This document shows positions 1 to 10,625 of a DNA stretch of 64,000 bases, one piece after another. Position 1 is the stretch's first letter. Every line of letters begins with the position of its first letter. Origin of the DNA: Myxococcales bacterium (GTDB taxonomy: Bacteria > Myxococcota_A > UBA9042 > JABWCM01 > BTVJ01); contig BTVJ01000001.1 of assembly GCA_045863395.1 (NCBI GenBank), forward strand, positions 160,001-224,000. Direction: 5' to 3'. The position numbers and the translations under genes are program-made. Below the pieces are notes generated by a model that was not told the DNA's origin, did not search any database, and was given only the letters and a program-made list of their open reading frames with translations.

Positions 1-457
1 GGTTCCGCAGAGCCCAGCTCGCCGCCGCCCGGGACTGGGGGCTGCCGTTGTAGGCGATCAGCGGGCGGGCGAGCTCCGTGACGGACTCGGTCACCACCAG
101 GGTCGGGCAGCTCACGTTGCGGACGACGTCCATGGTCGTCGCGCTGACCGCCACCCGGGTGTCGCGGGTCGCCACCTTCGTGTGGTTGCGCAGCAGCACC
201 AGGTCGGCATTCTGCGCGGCCTTGACGATGCCCTGGACCACGCCACCCTCCAGCCTGTGGATGGTCGCGGCGATGCCCGCATCGCCCAGGCGCGCGCGCG
301 CCTCGTTGATGCGCGCCTCGGCGAGCAGCTCGCTGCTGCTCTCGCGGACGTGGACGAGCTCCACGTCGCAGCCCGCCCGCGCCCCCACGTGGCAGGCCAT
401 GTCGACGGCCATGAGGCTCGCCGGCTCATGGTTGATCGGGACGATGATGCGCTTCAT
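1..457 (-). CDS. Universal stress protein (USP family), 3' end runs off the window
   Basis: Manual translation MKRIIVPINHEPASLMAVDMA...ADLVLL...VSATTMDVVRNVSCPTLVV, then a second USP-like start LIAYNGSPQSRAA. GGAGG RBS upstream of ATG. Absent from the ORF track because it is partial. Confidence 0.8.
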   Translation of the reverse strand, partial: MKRIIVPINHEPASLMAVDMACHVGARAGCDVELVHVRESSSELLAEARINEARARLGDAGIAATIHRLEGGVVQGIVKAAQNADLVLLRNHTKVATRDTRVAVSATTMDVVRNVSCPTLVVTESVTELARPLIAYNGSPQSRAAASWALRN

Positions 458-529
458 GTGATGCCTCCACCGTGGGTGCACATACATCAACAGCGTAGGC
501 GGGAGCAGGCTGGCGGCAACAGGCGGGGG

Positions 530-1252
530 CTACAGGTTGCGATGGGCCATCCGGATGCGGACGAGATCGGCCGCCATGCGAGCGCTGTCCCGGATGGCGT
601 TCACGCGGGTGGCGGGGTCGTCGATCCACACGACGGGGACCTCGGCGATGGTATAGCCGAGGCGCCGTGCGACGTAGAGGGCCTCCACGTCAAAGCCGAA
701 GCCGGGCGTCGTCACGCGGGCGAACACGTCGCGCGCCACCTCGCGACGGAACAGCTTGAAGCCGCACTGGGTGTCGACGATGCCCGGCAGCACGATGGCC
801 TGGACCATGCGGTTGAAGACCTTGCCCATCCACTCGCGGTAGATCGGCTGGTGGCGCAGGATGCGGGCGCCCTGTGTGGCGCGCGAGCCGATGACCACGT
901 CGTGGGTCGAGATGTGCGGCGCCAGGTGGTGGAGCTCCTCCATGGGTGTAGACAGGTCCGCGTCCGTCATGAGCAGGTGGTCGCCCTCCCCGTCCAACAT
1001 GCCGCGGCGCACACTCCACCCCTTGCCCCGGTTGCCGGGGTTGCGCACAATCCGCACCTGGTGGGTGTGCTGCATGCGGCGCGCGACCACATCTGTGGTG
1101 CTGTCGGTCGAGCCGTCATCCACTACGAGGATCTCATAGTCCCGGATGTTCTCCGCGAGCCACGCGATGATCCGGTCGAGGGTTGGGCCGATGCGCTCGG
1201 CCTCATTGTAGGCCGGGATGACGACCGTCAGCTTGCGGATGGAGCGAATCAT
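530..1252 (-). CDS. Glycosyltransferase family 2, dolichyl-phosphate beta-glucosyltransferase-like
   Basis: VVIPAYNE, VVDDGSTD, NRGKG, DADLS, DTQCGFKLF and FGFDVE motifs. Confidence 0.9.
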   Translation of the reverse strand: MIRSIRKLTVVIPAYNEAERIGPTLDRIIAWLAENIRDYEILVVDDGSTDSTTDVVARRMQHTHQVRIVRNPGNRGKGWSVRRGMLDGEGDHLLMTDADLSTPMEELHHLAPHISTHDVVIGSRATQGARILRHQPIYREWMGKVFNRMVQAIVLPGIVDTQCGFKLFRREVARDVFARVTTPGFGFDVEALYVARRLGYTIAEVPVVWIDDPATRVNAIRDSARMAADLVRIRMAHRNL

Positions 1253-1310
1253 CGGAGCACGGGTACCCCAAGGCGTGGTCACTGTCAACACGACCCCACG
1301 AGAGGCGCAG

Positions 1311-1946
1311 ATGAGTGAGTCCAGCCGGGATCACACGGAGGTGGAGCTCAAGCTACGGCTCAACGAGGAGGCCGACTACGAGCGGCTGCGAGCCTGCCTG
1401 GGGCCTCCGGTGGAGACGGTGGAGCAGGTCAACCACTACTTCGAGGCGGCGGGCGACGGCCTGCGGGCGGCGGGGGCGATGCTGCGGGTCCGCGAGGGGG
1501 ACGGACCACCGACGGTGACCCTCAAGGTGCGCGCCCGGCTGGCGGAGGGGGTCCTGGAGGCGCGGGAGGTGGAGGCGTCCCTCGACGCCGGGACGTGGGA
1601 GGAGATCCGTCTGGGCGCGCGGGGCATGGAGAGCCTCGACGTGGCCCCGGTGCGGGTCGCGGTCGACTTGCTGGGGTCACCGGCGCGCTTGGAGGTGCAG
1701 GGGACCATGCGGAACCGGCGCGAGCGCCATACGATGGGCGGGCGCGTGCTGGAGCTGGACCGGACGGAGCTCCCGGACGGTACGCGGGACTTCGAGGTGG
1801 AGGTGGAGACCGACGATCCGGCAGATACGCGACAGGCAGTGGAGGCGCTCCTCCGGTCCTGCGGCGCGGGCTGGACGGAGCAGACCCAGTCCAAGTACCA
1901 GCGGTTTCTGGAGCACCTGCCGGTTGGGGGGGGGCGGGACCTGTAA
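1311..1946 (+). CDS. CYTH-domain protein (triphosphate tunnel metalloenzyme)
   Basis: N-terminal EVELK (ExExK), QVNHYF, LRVR, TLK, EVEVE and C-terminal SKYQR. Confidence 0.88.
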   Translation: MSESSRDHTEVELKLRLNEEADYERLRACLGPPVETVEQVNHYFEAAGDGLRAAGAMLRVREGDGPPTVTLKVRARLAEGVLEAREVEASLDAGTWEEIRLGARGMESLDVAPVRVAVDLLGSPARLEVQGTMRNRRERHTMGGRVLELDRTELPDGTRDFEVEVETDDPADTRQAVEALLRSCGAGWTEQTQSKYQRFLEHLPVGGGRDL

Positions 1947-2024
1947 CCACTGCCTGCGGGGGCCCCGCTTCGCCCTGGGAAGCCGGAGAGCGCACGTCGT
2001 AGAGTGCTCCTCCGGGAGACGACC

Positions 2025-3119
2025 ATGAGACGAAGACACATCGAGGACCAGAGGTCGCAGGGGAGGCGCGCGCTGGCCGTGCTGCCCGTCCACTACCCGA
2101 AGGAGCTCCTCACGGCGCTGGACATCCTCGCCGTGGAGCTCTGGGGGCCCCCGGGCCCGCCGCGGGGACCGGGCGCGGGGCGGGTCCAGGCCTATGTGTG
2201 CCCGGTCGTCCGCAACGCCACGGCTTTCATCGAGGCGGGGCACGCGGACGGGGTGGACGGGCTGCTGTTCCCGCACACCTGCGACTCCGTCCAGGGGCTG
2301 GCGACGCTGGCGGCGGACTTCGGCCTCACGCGCAAGCCCTGCTTCACGTTCATCCACCCGAAGGGCGAGGACCGGCCCGCGCTCCGCACCTTCCTGCGGC
2401 GGGAGCTGCGGGCCTTCGCGGACCGCCTCGGCGCCTGGGTGGGGCGGCGGGTGGACGCCGACTCGCTGCGGCGGGCGATCGGGCTGCACCGGCGCATCGA
2501 CGCGCTGCGGGCTCGGTTGCTCGACGAGAGGCGCACCGTGGGGCTGACCGACGCAGAGCTCTATGGCGTACTGCGGCGGGGCGAGTGGCAGTGGCCCGAG
2601 GCTCACCTGCAGGAGCTGGAGGCCGCGGTTGGGACGATCCGCGATGAGACGACACAGCGCGGGGTCCCCCTCTTCGTGACGGGCTATGTCCCCGAGCCCG
2701 CGGGGCTCCTCTCACACCTGGAGGACGCGGGTGCCTTCGTAGCCGCCGACGACTGGGCGGCGGTGGGGCGGCGGGTGGTCCGGTGGGGGGAGCGCCCGCT
2801 CCCCGAGGATCCCTGGGACGCCCTCGTGGAGCTGCGGCTGGCGTCGCCGCCGTGCTCGACCCAGGGGGCGGACCAGGCGCGGCGCATAGACCACCTGGAG
2901 CGGCTGTATCTCGGCTCCGGCGCTCGCGGGGCAATCCTTCACATGATGAAGTTCTGCGAGCCCGAGCTGTTCGACCTGCCGGCGATTCGGCGCCGTTTCG
3001 AGCGCATGGGTGCCCCGGTGCTCGTGCTGGAGACCGAGCTGGAGGGTGAGCTCAGCGGGCAGGCGCTGACCCGGCTCGAGGCCTTCGTCGAGATGGTGGG
3101 CCGAAGGAGGGCGGCATGA
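2025..3119 (+). CDS. 2-hydroxyacyl-CoA dehydratase family subunit (HgdB/BcrC-like)
   Basis: YVCPVVR, FPHTCDS, KFCEPE and TRLEAFVEM motifs; ATGA overlap with the next subunit. Confidence 0.85.
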   Translation: MRRRHIEDQRSQGRRALAVLPVHYPKELLTALDILAVELWGPPGPPRGPGAGRVQAYVCPVVRNATAFIEAGHADGVDGLLFPHTCDSVQGLATLAADFGLTRKPCFTFIHPKGEDRPALRTFLRRELRAFADRLGAWVGRRVDADSLRRAIGLHRRIDALRARLLDERRTVGLTDAELYGVLRRGEWQWPEAHLQELEAAVGTIRDETTQRGVPLFVTGYVPEPAGLLSHLEDAGAFVAADDWAAVGRRVVRWGERPLPEDPWDALVELRLASPPCSTQGADQARRIDHLERLYLGSGARGAILHMMKFCEPELFDLPAIRRRFERMGAPVLVLETELEGELSGQALTRLEAFVEMVGRRRAA

Positions 3120-4438
3120 TCCGCAGACTCCAGTTCGAGGCGGTGGGGAGAGTGGTCGGGCCCGCGCTCATGGAGATCGAGCACTGGCAGTCGGTGCTGC
3201 GGCGCAAGAGGCGGGGGCGCTCCCCGGCGGGGAGCAAGCTGTTCGGGCCTCCGATGGAGTCCCTGCGCATGCTGAAGGACCTGATGACCCGGCACTACCT
3301 CCAGGGGCGCTACGCGGACGGCGCGGTCCCGGTCGCCTGGGTCACGAGCGGCTTCCCCGTGGAGATCCTGCGCCCCCTCGGGTTCTATACCATCTACCCC
3401 GAGAATCACGCCGCGCTGTGCTCGGTGAAGCGCATGGTCCCGGAGCTGTCGGATCGCGTCGAGAGCATGGGATATTCGAGAGACCTGTGCGGCTATGCGC
3501 GGGCCGATCTCGGGTCCGTGATGTCCGGCGAGACTCCCGTCGGGCGCCTGCCCAAGCCGGACCTGCTCTGCTGCTGCACGAACATCTGCCAGACCGTGCT
3601 CGGGTGGTATCGGAACCTGGCGTCTCACTTCGGCGTCCCCCTGGTGCTCATCGACACTCCCTTCGTCTACGGGTCGTCCCCCGAGCACGCCCAGCAGTAT
3701 GTGCGCGACCAGGTCGCCGAGGCCGTGAGAGTCGCCGAGGGAATCGCGCGCAAGCGGACGGGCCACGACGACTATGCGACGTCCCTGGAGCTCGCCCGCG
3801 AGGGGACCCTGCTCTGGAAGGAGTGCCTGCTGACGTCACAGGCGCGCCCGGCGCCGTGGACGGGCTTCGACCAGTTCTTCCACATCGCGCCCATCGTGAC
3901 CATGCGCGGCACCAAGGAGTGCAACGCCTACTACCGGCACCTCCTCGACGAGCTGAGAGACCGGGTGAGCCGGGGAGTCGGGGGGATCACCGACGAGCGG
4001 CACCGGCTCTTGTGGGACAACCTGCCCATCTGGTTCGGGGTGAAGGATCTGGCGACGACGTTTGCGGAGCGCGGCTTCAACTTCGTCTGCACCACCTACA
4101 CCAACGCGTGGGCTGAGGCCGGCGAGCGCATCGACCCGAGCGACCCGGACGGCTCCGTGGCCGCGTCCTACACCTACATCATCCTGAATCAGGATCTGGC
4201 GAACCGCCTGTCCCTGATGACGCGCCTCGCCGCGACCTACGGGGTGGACGGCGCGGTGCTCCACTCCGACCGCTCCTGCAAGCCCTACTCGATCGGTCAG
4301 ATCGACCTGAAGGACAGGCTGGCGCGAGCCGCCGGCATTCGGGTGCTCATCCTCGAAGCCGACCACGCGGACCCGCGGGCCTGGGCGCCGGAGCAGTCCG
4401 AGAATCGCCTGACCGCCTTCATGGAGACCTATCAGTGA
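3116..4438 (+). CDS. 2-hydroxyacyl-CoA dehydratase family subunit (HgdA/BcrB-like)
   Basis: YPENHAA, GYSRDLCGYAR, CTNICQT, RSCKPYS and RLTAFME motifs. Confidence 0.88.
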   Translation: MIRRLQFEAVGRVVGPALMEIEHWQSVLRRKRRGRSPAGSKLFGPPMESLRMLKDLMTRHYLQGRYADGAVPVAWVTSGFPVEILRPLGFYTIYPENHAALCSVKRMVPELSDRVESMGYSRDLCGYARADLGSVMSGETPVGRLPKPDLLCCCTNICQTVLGWYRNLASHFGVPLVLIDTPFVYGSSPEHAQQYVRDQVAEAVRVAEGIARKRTGHDDYATSLELAREGTLLWKECLLTSQARPAPWTGFDQFFHIAPIVTMRGTKECNAYYRHLLDELRDRVSRGVGGITDERHRLLWDNLPIWFGVKDLATTFAERGFNFVCTTYTNAWAEAGERIDPSDPDGSVAASYTYIILNQDLANRLSLMTRLAATYGVDGAVLHSDRSCKPYSIGQIDLKDRLARAAGIRVLILEADHADPRAWAPEQSENRLTAFMETYQ

Positions 4439-5196
4439 GCGCGGTGGCCATCGGCGTCGACGTGGGCAGCACCACCTTCAAGGCGGTGGCCGTCGACCGG
4501 GACGGCCGCGTACTGTCGCGCATCGTGGAGCCCACGGACCCGCGCATCGAGCGGCAGGCGGAGCGGGTGATTCCAGCGCTGCGGGAGCAGGCCGGGGCGT
4601 CCGCCGCGTGCCCGGTGGGCGCAACAGGGTACGGTCGAAAGCGGATCGCGGCGTCGCGCCGCGTGACGGAGATCACCTGCCATGCGCTCGGCGCCTGGCA
4701 CGTGATCAGGCGCCCCTCGCTGCTCATCGACATGGGCGGTCAGGACACCAAGGTCATCCGCATCGGCGACGGCGGCGAGGTGCTCGACTTCGCCATGAAC
4801 GACAAGTGCGCGGCCGGCACGGGGAGATTTCTCGAGGTGATCCTGGGGCGCCTGCTGGTCCCCTACGCCGAGGTCGCCGCGCAGGTGCAGTCTGCAGGGC
4901 GGACAATCCCCGTGTCGAGCACCTGCACGGTGTTCGCGGAGAGCGAGGTGGTCTCCCTGGTGGCGCAGGGCGAGCCCGTCGAGGGCATCCTCAAGGGACT
5001 CCACGTCGCGCTCGCCTCCCGGGTCGTCTCGCTGGCCGGCCGCATGGTGGGCGAGCTCCCGGTGCTCATGAGCGGCGGAGTCGCCCTGAATGGGGCGATG
5101 GTCGCCATCCTGTCCGAGTCTCTCGGGCGCCGCGTGGACGTGGTGGCAGACCCGCAGGTCGTCGGGGCGCTGGGGGCGGCGCTGTCCGTGGTGTGA
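4435..5196 (+). CDS. ATP-dependent acyl-CoA dehydratase activase (HgdC; BadF/BadG/BcrA/BcrD family)
   Basis: GVDVGSTT, ATGYGR, EITCH, DMGGQDTK, MNDKCAAGTGRFLE and SSTCTVFAESEV. Confidence 0.92.
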   Translation: MSAVAIGVDVGSTTFKAVAVDRDGRVLSRIVEPTDPRIERQAERVIPALREQAGASAACPVGATGYGRKRIAASRRVTEITCHALGAWHVIRRPSLLIDMGGQDTKVIRIGDGGEVLDFAMNDKCAAGTGRFLEVILGRLLVPYAEVAAQVQSAGRTIPVSSTCTVFAESEVVSLVAQGEPVEGILKGLHVALASRVVSLAGRMVGELPVLMSGGVALNGAMVAILSESLGRRVDVVADPQVVGALGAALSVV

Positions 5197-5341
5197 GCGT
5201 TCGGCGCAGTGAGCACCACTGCTCCCGTGCCGGCAGGCGCGCCGAGTCATGGAAGCCACCCAACGACACGCGAGATTGCCGGAACGCGGCCCCAGCGCAG
5301 TGACGCCGCCGATGGAATCGGTCCCGGGCCGACGCGCCGAG

Positions 5342-6190
5342 CTACTGATACAGGTGGTTGCTCTGCTCGGCGGTGGGGAGCATGTGCATGCCGAGGTAGG
5401 TGAAGACGATGGCGAGGAAGCCGACGACCGTGATGATCGCGCCGGTGCGGTCGCTGAAGCCGCGGGTGTAGCGCAGGTGCAGGTAGGCCGCGTAGACGAG
5501 CCAGCTCACGAGCGCCCAGTTCTCCTTCGGATCCCACACCCAGTAGTCTCCCCACGCTGCCTTCGCCCAAATGGCTCCGATCACCAGTCCGACCGTCAGC
5601 AGCACGAACCCCAACTGGATTGCCCGGTGCATGAAGCCGGCGAAGTTGGTCTCCGTGTCGGAGCCCGACGCGGTGCGCATCTTCAGGAGCGCGTTCGGCT
5701 TGAAGAGGTGGAGCACGGCCGCGATGAACGCGAAGAAGAGCGCCGCGTAGCCCACGAAGTAGACCATGACGTGGGGGATGAACCACGGGCTCTGGAGCGC
5801 GGCTGGCAGATTGACTATCTCTGCGTCGGATTTGTAGACGGCGTAGCCGTAGATCAGCCAGACGAATCCAGCCGTCAGGAATCCAAACCAAGCGATTCGG
5901 TAGTATCTCTCGACCAGGACATACAGCAGCGCCGTACACCACGAGAACAGCAGCAGCGACTCGTACAGGGTCTTGAAGGGCGGCCGGTCCGCCTCGATCC
6001 AGCGAACGACGATCAGCGCCGTCGCCATGATGAACGCGAGGGAGAAGAGGATTGAGCCGAGCTTGCGGAGCGCCTCGCCTCCCTTCTTCAGCACGACCAG
6101 GCCGTAGGTGCCGGCGACCAGGGGGAAGAGCCCGAAGGTGGCCAGGAACAGGGCACTCTGGTGCCCGAGACTCTCGAAGAACGCGGTCAT
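5342..6190 (-). CDS. ccsA: Cytochrome c biogenesis protein CcsA/ResC (system II heme lyase)
   Basis: WWD motif WAKAAWGDYWVWDPKE, PALQS-like segment, multiple TM helices, C-terminal His (NHLY). Confidence 0.93.
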   Translation of the reverse strand: MTAFFESLGHQSALFLATFGLFPLVAGTYGLVVLKKGGEALRKLGSILFSLAFIMATALIVVRWIEADRPPFKTLYESLLLFSWCTALLYVLVERYYRIAWFGFLTAGFVWLIYGYAVYKSDAEIVNLPAALQSPWFIPHVMVYFVGYAALFFAFIAAVLHLFKPNALLKMRTASGSDTETNFAGFMHRAIQLGFVLLTVGLVIGAIWAKAAWGDYWVWDPKENWALVSWLVYAAYLHLRYTRGFSDRTGAIITVVGFLAIVFTYLGMHMLPTAEQSNHLYQ

Positions 6191-7842
6191 GCCGTCACCT
6201 CCACCTCGCGCACCTGGGCGCGCGCCACTGCACTCCTCTCCCACCACGGCTTCCAGTTGCGCAGCGCGATGGTGTGGACCACACCCGCGATCAGCGCCCA
6301 CAGGCCGAAGGTCACGATGGCCAGGCCCGGGTCCTTGACCACCTCGATGCCGCTATAGCTGGGGTTCTTCGGGTCGAAGTTCGACTGATAGAAGGCGTAG
6401 CCCTCGAAGTACATCGGGTGATTCACCCGAATCTCCTCCGTCTGGACCTCGGTGCCGTTCCGAACCACGGTCAGCGTGCTGCGGTAGTTCTTGATCATCT
6501 CCGGCTTCTCCCGGTAGACCAGCACCCGCCCGCCGCCCAGGTCGATGGGCTTTGGATTGGCCGCAACCAGCAGCGCCGTGTCGACCTTGCCGGACGGCCA
6601 GCGCACCTCGACCTCCGCGGCCGGGTTGAGCCCCTCGCCGTCTCCCTCGGCAAGCTCCGTGGGCCCAGGCGTCATGGCGTACTTGAGGCCGGCGGTGTTT
6701 CCGTGGGCCACGTCCCGCAGCTCCTTGCGGCCGAACAGATAGGCCGTGGACTCCTTTCCATCGGGCTCGGTCACGACCACGGCTACGGCCGGGTTGTTGG
6801 GCTGGTCCGAGCGGCTGTAGACCCGGCGCGACTCCATGTCGATGACGAAGTCCGGGAAGTAGTCCTCGATCAGCGCCTTGCGCCCGTCGGGCAGAATCAC
6901 CGTCTCGCCGAGGGCGACCTCGCGGTCCACTCCGTCGGGCATGGTCAGGATGTGCCTGTCCGGGGCCGTGTTGCGCCGGACCAGGTTCTTGTAGAGCTTC
7001 GTGACGGTGACGGACGTGCTGCTCTTGCCGCGCGCAGCGCCCACCGTTGCGCCCACCTCGGGCTCCTGGGCGATGACCACCTTCCACCCGTCCGTGTTCG
7101 GAACCTCCTCGTAGGTGTAGAACTTGTACTCGGGGTCGTAGTGGTCGAGCTCGAAGCGGTCGAGGCGCACCCGGAAGTCCATCTGCACGAGCTCCGATGG
7201 CTTGTCGCCCTTCTCGTTGGTCATGTACGAGTCCGCCGACTGCCCGACCACCAGGTGCATCATGCCGCGCTTGCCGGTCAGCGACCCGATGAGGCCGCCG
7301 CCCAGAATCAGGAGCACGCTGATGTGCGATACCAGGAGCCCCATGTGCCTCCACTTCTTGAAGGACACGCGGCGCCGCCACACGGTGATGCCAGACGCCA
7401 GAGCCAGCAGGAAGAGGATGAACGCGAAGGGCAGGCTGTGGAAGACATCGTCCAGGTGCAGCGCCAGCAGGACCGGCGCCGCCGCGCCGTAGCGCTCCCG
7501 GATCACCGCCTCGCCGACCTCCTGAAGCACCACCGTCCCGAGGACGGTCATAAGCATCAGCGCGACGAGGACCACCACCGCGGCGTCCGCGGAGGCCAGG
7601 TAACGGTAGATGCGCTTCCAGGACAGGAACACGAAGGAGCCCACGACCACCGTGGCGCCCAGCGCGATGAGCAGGAGCTCGAAGAGGGAGGCGCCGGCGC
7701 CTCGCCCCGTCTCGAGCAGCGTCTGGGTCCCGGCCGCTGCGAGCAGCAGGAGCCCGAGGCCCGCGGAGATCACGCCGTAGGAGGCCTTCTTCTTCGGCCT
7801 GGCGTGGTCCTCTGACTTGACCGTGTTTCGTGTGTTTGCCAT
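6187..7842 (-). CDS. resB: Cytochrome c biogenesis protein ResB/Ccs1
   Basis: N-terminal TMs with GTVVLQ, DDVFHS and H in GLLVSHIS; large periplasmic region; IRVNHPM, FYQS, VVKDPG and a C-terminal TM; ATGA overlap with ccsA. Confidence 0.85.
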   Translation of the reverse strand: MANTRNTVKSEDHARPKKKASYGVISAGLGLLLLAAAGTQTLLETGRGAGASLFELLLIALGATVVVGSFVFLSWKRIYRYLASADAAVVVLVALMLMTVLGTVVLQEVGEAVIRERYGAAAPVLLALHLDDVFHSLPFAFILFLLALASGITVWRRRVSFKKWRHMGLLVSHISVLLILGGGLIGSLTGKRGMMHLVVGQSADSYMTNEKGDKPSELVQMDFRVRLDRFELDHYDPEYKFYTYEEVPNTDGWKVVIAQEPEVGATVGAARGKSSTSVTVTKLYKNLVRRNTAPDRHILTMPDGVDREVALGETVILPDGRKALIEDYFPDFVIDMESRRVYSRSDQPNNPAVAVVVTEPDGKESTAYLFGRKELRDVAHGNTAGLKYAMTPGPTELAEGDGEGLNPAAEVEVRWPSGKVDTALLVAANPKPIDLGGGRVLVYREKPEMIKNYRSTLTVVRNGTEVQTEEIRVNHPMYFEGYAFYQSNFDPKNPSYSGIEVVKDPGLAIVTFGLWALIAGVVHTIALRNWKPWWERSAVARAQVREVEVTA

Positions 7843-7990
7843 GTCGTCCCTCGCTCTCCGGCGGCCCATCCCGGCCGCGCTCGTCGAGGCCCCGCGGGCC
7901 CCAGGCCCCCCTCCCATCTCCCTGGGGGGGGCTCGCGGGCATTCTTGCCCATGCGGACATGCACATCCAGAACTAGCGGACGACCTCCAC

Positions 7991-8020
7991 CGTTTACGGT
8001 TACGTTAACGTTGACGCTCG
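7991..8020. repeat. Degenerate 6-bp tandem repeat (CGTTTA CGGTTA CGTTAA CGTTGA CGCTCG) containing the palindrome ACGTTAACGT
   Basis: Read directly in the intergenic region between the response regulator and resB. Confidence 0.45.
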
Positions 8021-8038
8021 GTGAACGGTCGCTCCGGC

Positions 8039-9355
8039 TCAGCCGAGGCCGTACTCGCGGAGCTTGTCGTAGAGGGTGCGGAGCCCGATCCCGAGCCGCT
8101 CGGCTGCTCGCCGGCGGTGCCCCCCCGTAGCCGCCAGGGCCTGGCGGATGGCCTCCCGCTCCAGTTCTCGCAAGGATCCCGCAGCCGGCCCTGCCGGCGT
8201 CACGGAGGCCCCGAGCGACAGGTCGGCGACCCCGATGCGCGGCGTCAGGGCCACGATTGCCCCGCGCTCCAGCGCGTTGGCCAGCTCCCGCACGTTGCCG
8301 GGCCACGGGTGGGCCAGCAGCGCCGCCTTGGCCGCGTCGTCCAGCACAAGGCCAGGGCGCCCGAGGCGCGCCGCGATGCGCCCGAGGAGGTGGGCGGCGA
8401 GCGGGAGGATGTCGCCGGGCCGCTCTCGCAGCGCGGGCAAGCGCACCGGGAACACGGAGATGCGGTGATACAGGTCCTCGCGGAAGCGGCCCTCCCGGAG
8501 CTCCAGCGCCAGATCCTTGTTCGTGGCCGCCACGAGGCGGATGTCCACCACCAGCGTGCGCGTCCCCCCGACGCGCTCGAAGCGGCGCTCCTGCAGTACG
8601 CGCAGCAGCTTGGCCTGCAGGTGGGGCGCGATCTCGGCCACCTCGTCGAGGAACAGTGTCCCGCCATCCGCCAGCTCGAAGCGTCCGCGACGCTGAGCCG
8701 TTGCGCCAGTGAACGCCCCCTTCTCGTGCCCGAACAGCTCGCTCTCGAGCAGGCTCTCGGACAACGCGGCGCAGTTGACGGCCACGAAGGGGCCACCGCG
8801 GCGCGGGCTCGACCGGTGCACGGCGCGCGCTGCGACCTCCTTGCCCGTGCCGCTCTCGCCGACCAGCAGCACCGTGGCATCCGTCGCCGCGACCCGGTCG
8901 AGCTGCGCCGTAACGGCCACCATGGACGGGTCCCAGGCCATGAGCCGGTCCGGCTCCCCGTCCCGCCGCTCCTGGTGCGCATCTGCCAGCCGTCGTCGCT
9001 CCACGCCCCGCGCCACCGTCAGCCGCAGCTCGTCCGGGCCGCTGAGAGGCTTTGTCAGGTAGTCGAAGGCTCCGAGCTTCATGGCCTCCACGGCGGTCGC
9101 GACCGTCCCGTGGGCCGTGAGGACGACAATCTCCATCTCGGGCCAGGACGCCCGCGCCCTGCGGACTACGTCCATGCCGTCCATCCGCGGCATCTTGAGG
9201 TCCACCACCATGAGGTGGAAGCTCTCCGCCTCCAGGCGGTCGATGGCCTCGCGCCCGTCCGCCGCCTCGACGACCGCGTACCCCACGTCGCTCAGGGCCT
9301 CGGCGAGGAAGCTGCGGATGCCGTCCTCGTCGTCCACCACCAGGATGCGCTCCAT
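8039..9355 (-). CDS. Sigma54-dependent response regulator (NtrC/ZraR family)
   Basis: Receiver domain (VVDDE, DLKMP), [22 protein letters not shown] and a C-terminal Fis-type HTH. Confidence 0.95.
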   Translation of the reverse strand: MERILVVDDEDGIRSFLAEALSDVGYAVVEAADGREAIDRLEAESFHLMVVDLKMPRMDGMDVVRRARASWPEMEIVVLTAHGTVATAVEAMKLGAFDYLTKPLSGPDELRLTVARGVERRRLADAHQERRDGEPDRLMAWDPSMVAVTAQLDRVAATDATVLLVGESGTGKEVAARAVHRSSPRRGGPFVAVNCAALSESLLESELFGHEKGAFTGATAQRRGRFELADGGTLFLDEVAEIAPHLQAKLLRVLQERRFERVGGTRTLVVDIRLVAATNKDLALELREGRFREDLYHRISVFPVRLPALRERPGDILPLAAHLLGRIAARLGRPGLVLDDAAKAALLAHPWPGNVRELANALERGAIVALTPRIGVADLSLGASVTPAGPAAGSLRELEREAIRQALAATGGHRRRAAERLGIGLRTLYDKLREYGLG

Positions 9356-9359
9356 GGGG

Positions 9360-10616
9360 TCACTCCGCGGGGACGACGACGCGCATCACGGCGCCGCCGT
9401 CCGGGTGGTTGAGCGCCTCCACACGGCCACCGTGACTCTCCACGATGCGCCGCGCCACCGCCAGACCGAGGCCCGTGCCGTGGACCCGCGTCGTGTGGAA
9501 GGGCTCGAAGATCTGCGCCACCTCGGCGGGGTCGATGCCGGGACCGCGGTCGCGCACCTCGAAGGCGACCCCTCGCCCCTCCTGGCGCACGATCAGATCG
9601 ACGGCCCCATCCACCGCAGACGCCTGGGCCGCGTTGCGCAGCAGGTTCACGAGCACCTGCTCCATGCGCACGTGATCGAGCGCGATCACCGCCACCGGCT
9701 CCTGCGCAACCAACCGCACACGGGGGTCGTCCACCTCGGCGATGGCGGCGCGGGCCACCTCCACGGGATCGACCGGCCGCCGATCCACGCTCCCCGACCG
9801 CGCGAAGGACAGGATGTGCCCGCTGAGCTCCTCCAGGCGGACGGCTTCACGGACGATGAGCTCCGCCTTCCGCCGGCCCGGCTGCTCCGGCTCGAGCTTC
9901 TCCAGGAGGAGCTGCGCGTGCCCCTTCAGTGACGCAAGCGGGTTGCGGATCTCGTGCCCCAGGACCGCGGACATCTCCCCGAGTACGGCGAGCTGGCGCT
10001 CCCGGGCCAGATCGGCCTCGAGACGGTCCGCACGACGCCCGAGGCGCCACAGCACGAGAGAGGACGCGAGCAGCGCCAGGGCCACGACGGCAGAGACCAC
10101 CAGCGCGGTGGCCGCCCGTTGTCCGATGGCGCGCGCCTCGGGGGGGTCGAGCTCGATGACGAGCGCGGGGCGGGCAGCGCCTCTTGGCCCGCGCCAGGGG
10201 CGACCGAACGGACCCCGCGGGGGCGGCTTTACGACGAAGCGATAGCGCCCCCCTCCCAGAGCCACGGGGTCGGCCAGCTCCTCCTCATCCCCACGCAGGG
10301 CGGGCAGCGGCCCCCCAAGTGCCTGCCCGCCCTCCGCGAGGACGCGCCCACCCGGGCGAACCACGGCGACGTACCGCAACCCCCGATCTGCGAGCTCCTC
10401 GACGAGGCCCCCCAGGGTCTCGCTCGAGGGGGGCCCCCCGGCCAGCTCCCGCCGGATGGAGTCGGCCAGGTCGAGGGCGCGCCCCCGGACGAGGGCGAGA
10501 GAGGCGTCGCTGGACGCCACCCACCCGGCGATGGCCGTCCAGAGGAGCCCCACCCCGAGGAGCACCGCTACGACGAGCAGGCCCCAGCGGGGGAGCGAGC
10601 GGGAGGCGGCAGCCAT
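9360..10616 (-). CDS. Membrane sensor histidine kinase (ZraS/HydH-like)
   Basis: Two TMs, HEIRNPL H-box, NLLRNA, DRGPGI and GTGLGL. Confidence 0.93.
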   Translation of the reverse strand: MAAASRSLPRWGLLVVAVLLGVGLLWTAIAGWVASSDASLALVRGRALDLADSIRRELAGGPPSSETLGGLVEELADRGLRYVAVVRPGGRVLAEGGQALGGPLPALRGDEEELADPVALGGGRYRFVVKPPPRGPFGRPWRGPRGAARPALVIELDPPEARAIGQRAATALVVSAVVALALLASSLVLWRLGRRADRLEADLARERQLAVLGEMSAVLGHEIRNPLASLKGHAQLLLEKLEPEQPGRRKAELIVREAVRLEELSGHILSFARSGSVDRRPVDPVEVARAAIAEVDDPRVRLVAQEPVAVIALDHVRMEQVLVNLLRNAAQASAVDGAVDLIVRQEGRGVAFEVRDRGPGIDPAEVAQIFEPFHTTRVHGTGLGLAVARRIVESHGGRVEALNHPDGGAVMRVVVPAE

Positions 10617-10625
10617 CGGTGTGGC

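Noticed and set aside
2025..5196. Class I benzoyl-CoA reductase
   Set aside because: Only one ATPase/activase subunit and no ring-cleavage genes in the window; a dehydratase-type call is more parsimonious
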